From Thermodesulfovibrionia bacterium (GTDB taxonomy: Bacteria > Nitrospirota > Thermodesulfovibrionia > UBA6902 > BMS3Bbin08), in contig JAUXYI010000034.1 of NCBI GenBank assembly GCA_030694425.1, positions 31,298 through 95,297 on the forward strand: a DNA stretch of 64,000 nt, in the 5' to 3' direction. The notes below the pieces were generated by a model. The model was not told where the DNA came from. It saw only the letters and a list, made by a program, of their open reading frames with translations, and ran no database searches. This document shows positions 63,425 to 64,000 of this stretch, in pieces (position 1 is the stretch's first letter; each line of letters opens with the position of its first letter). The translations under genes were made by a program, and so were the position numbers.

Positions 63425-64000
63425 AAAAAACACAAAAGACAATGAAAATCTTCCCCCTTAACCCCCCCTTCCTAAAGGCCATGGCTCGTAGAGAGGGATG
63501 GGTGGATTTTCAGGTGAAAAATATTCTATCTTTTTTGTTCTGTTTACTGTTTTTGATTTCCTGTGCTACTGCTAAATCCGCAAAAGAAACGGTTCACAGT
63601 TCACAGTCCGCAGTTCACAAAGAAGAACCATCTACTGAGACAAAAGGCGCTGAACTTAAAGTTTCAGACTATGTCCCTGTTAATGAAGACATAACCCCGC
63701 TTCAAACCAAGGTTGTTTCTATTTCTGCAAGAAATACGCCGCTCAGGGATGTGCTTTATACCATTGCAGAAGCTGTAAATCTTAATCTTGTTATGGAGAG
63801 CGGAGTTAAGCCCGATCTTCCTGTAACAATGACATTGAACAATATGGTTGTGCAGGATGCGCTGAATATCATATTTGATTCCGTAGATTATTTTTATACC
63901 ATTAAAGACAACATACTTATTGTTAAATCCGTGGGGACAAAAATATTTGAACTTGGACTGCCAAATGTAATACATGAATACCAGACAGATATTGGCGGAG
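63421..64000 (+). CDS. secretin (MshL/PilQ-like) N-terminal part, runs off the right edge
   Basis: Not in the ORF track. Open frame from the ATG at 63421 (overlapping the upstream stop) to the window end. An alternative GTG at 63514 gives a lipoprotein signal, VKNILSFLFCLLFLISC. VSISARNTPLRDVLYTIAEAVNLNLVM...VVQDALNIIF resembles the secretin N-terminal domain. Confidence 0.55.
   Translation, partial: MKKTQKTMKIFPLNPPFLKAMARREGWVDFQVKNILSFLFCLLFLISCATAKSAKETVHSSQSAVHKEEPSTETKGAELKVSDYVPVNEDITPLQTKVVSISARNTPLRDVLYTIAEAVNLNLVMESGVKPDLPVTMTLNNMVVQDALNIIFDSVDYFYTIKDNILIVKSVGTKIFELGLPNVIHEYQTDIGG

Overview
This is a 64-kb chromosomal window from an AT-rich diderm bacterium (LolA, Pal, YidC and a secretin are present). 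The gene set looks anaerobe-like: several radical-SAM enzymes, a RACo-like corrinoid activator and a UbiD-type decarboxylase. The lineage cannot be assigned from the sequence alone. Most of the window is ordinary housekeeping: ftsK-lolA-yibQ, uppP, pgi, pyrE, ftsH, folP, galU, lon, thiL, pal, pncA/pncB, coaD, rsmD, a ubiD-family gene, panC, rpmH-yidD-yidC-mnmE and hemB. The unusual content is: (i) an AT-rich three-gene operon at the left edge built around a MORC-like GHKL ATPase, which is the best candidate for an undescribed conflict or defence module; (ii) a PqqD-like / radical-SAM-SPASM / ArsM-like methyltransferase fusion followed by a B12-binding radical-SAM enzyme; (iii) a trehalose cluster (OtsA-OtsB-MscS-GT4) whose OtsA carries a membrane-sensor-like N-terminus; (iv) two paralogous, divergently transcribed XRE-HTH plus single-domain receiver pairs, inverted relative to each other and 40 kb apart; (v) a small, compositionally distinct island after ftsH; (vi) two toxin-antitoxin-like pairs plus one small TA-like cassette; (vii) an MSHA / type IV pilus-like assembly cluster at the right edge. 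The most pervasive signal not explained by genes is a heavy load of at least five families of short palindromic interspersed repeats (MITE/REP-like). Three copies sit inside housekeeping ORFs: thiL and mnmE read through in frame, and a Kef-type antiporter is split. I recognised no rRNA, tRNA, CRISPR array, transposase or integrase gene. All coordinates and motifs come from reading the sequence by eye and no database search was possible.
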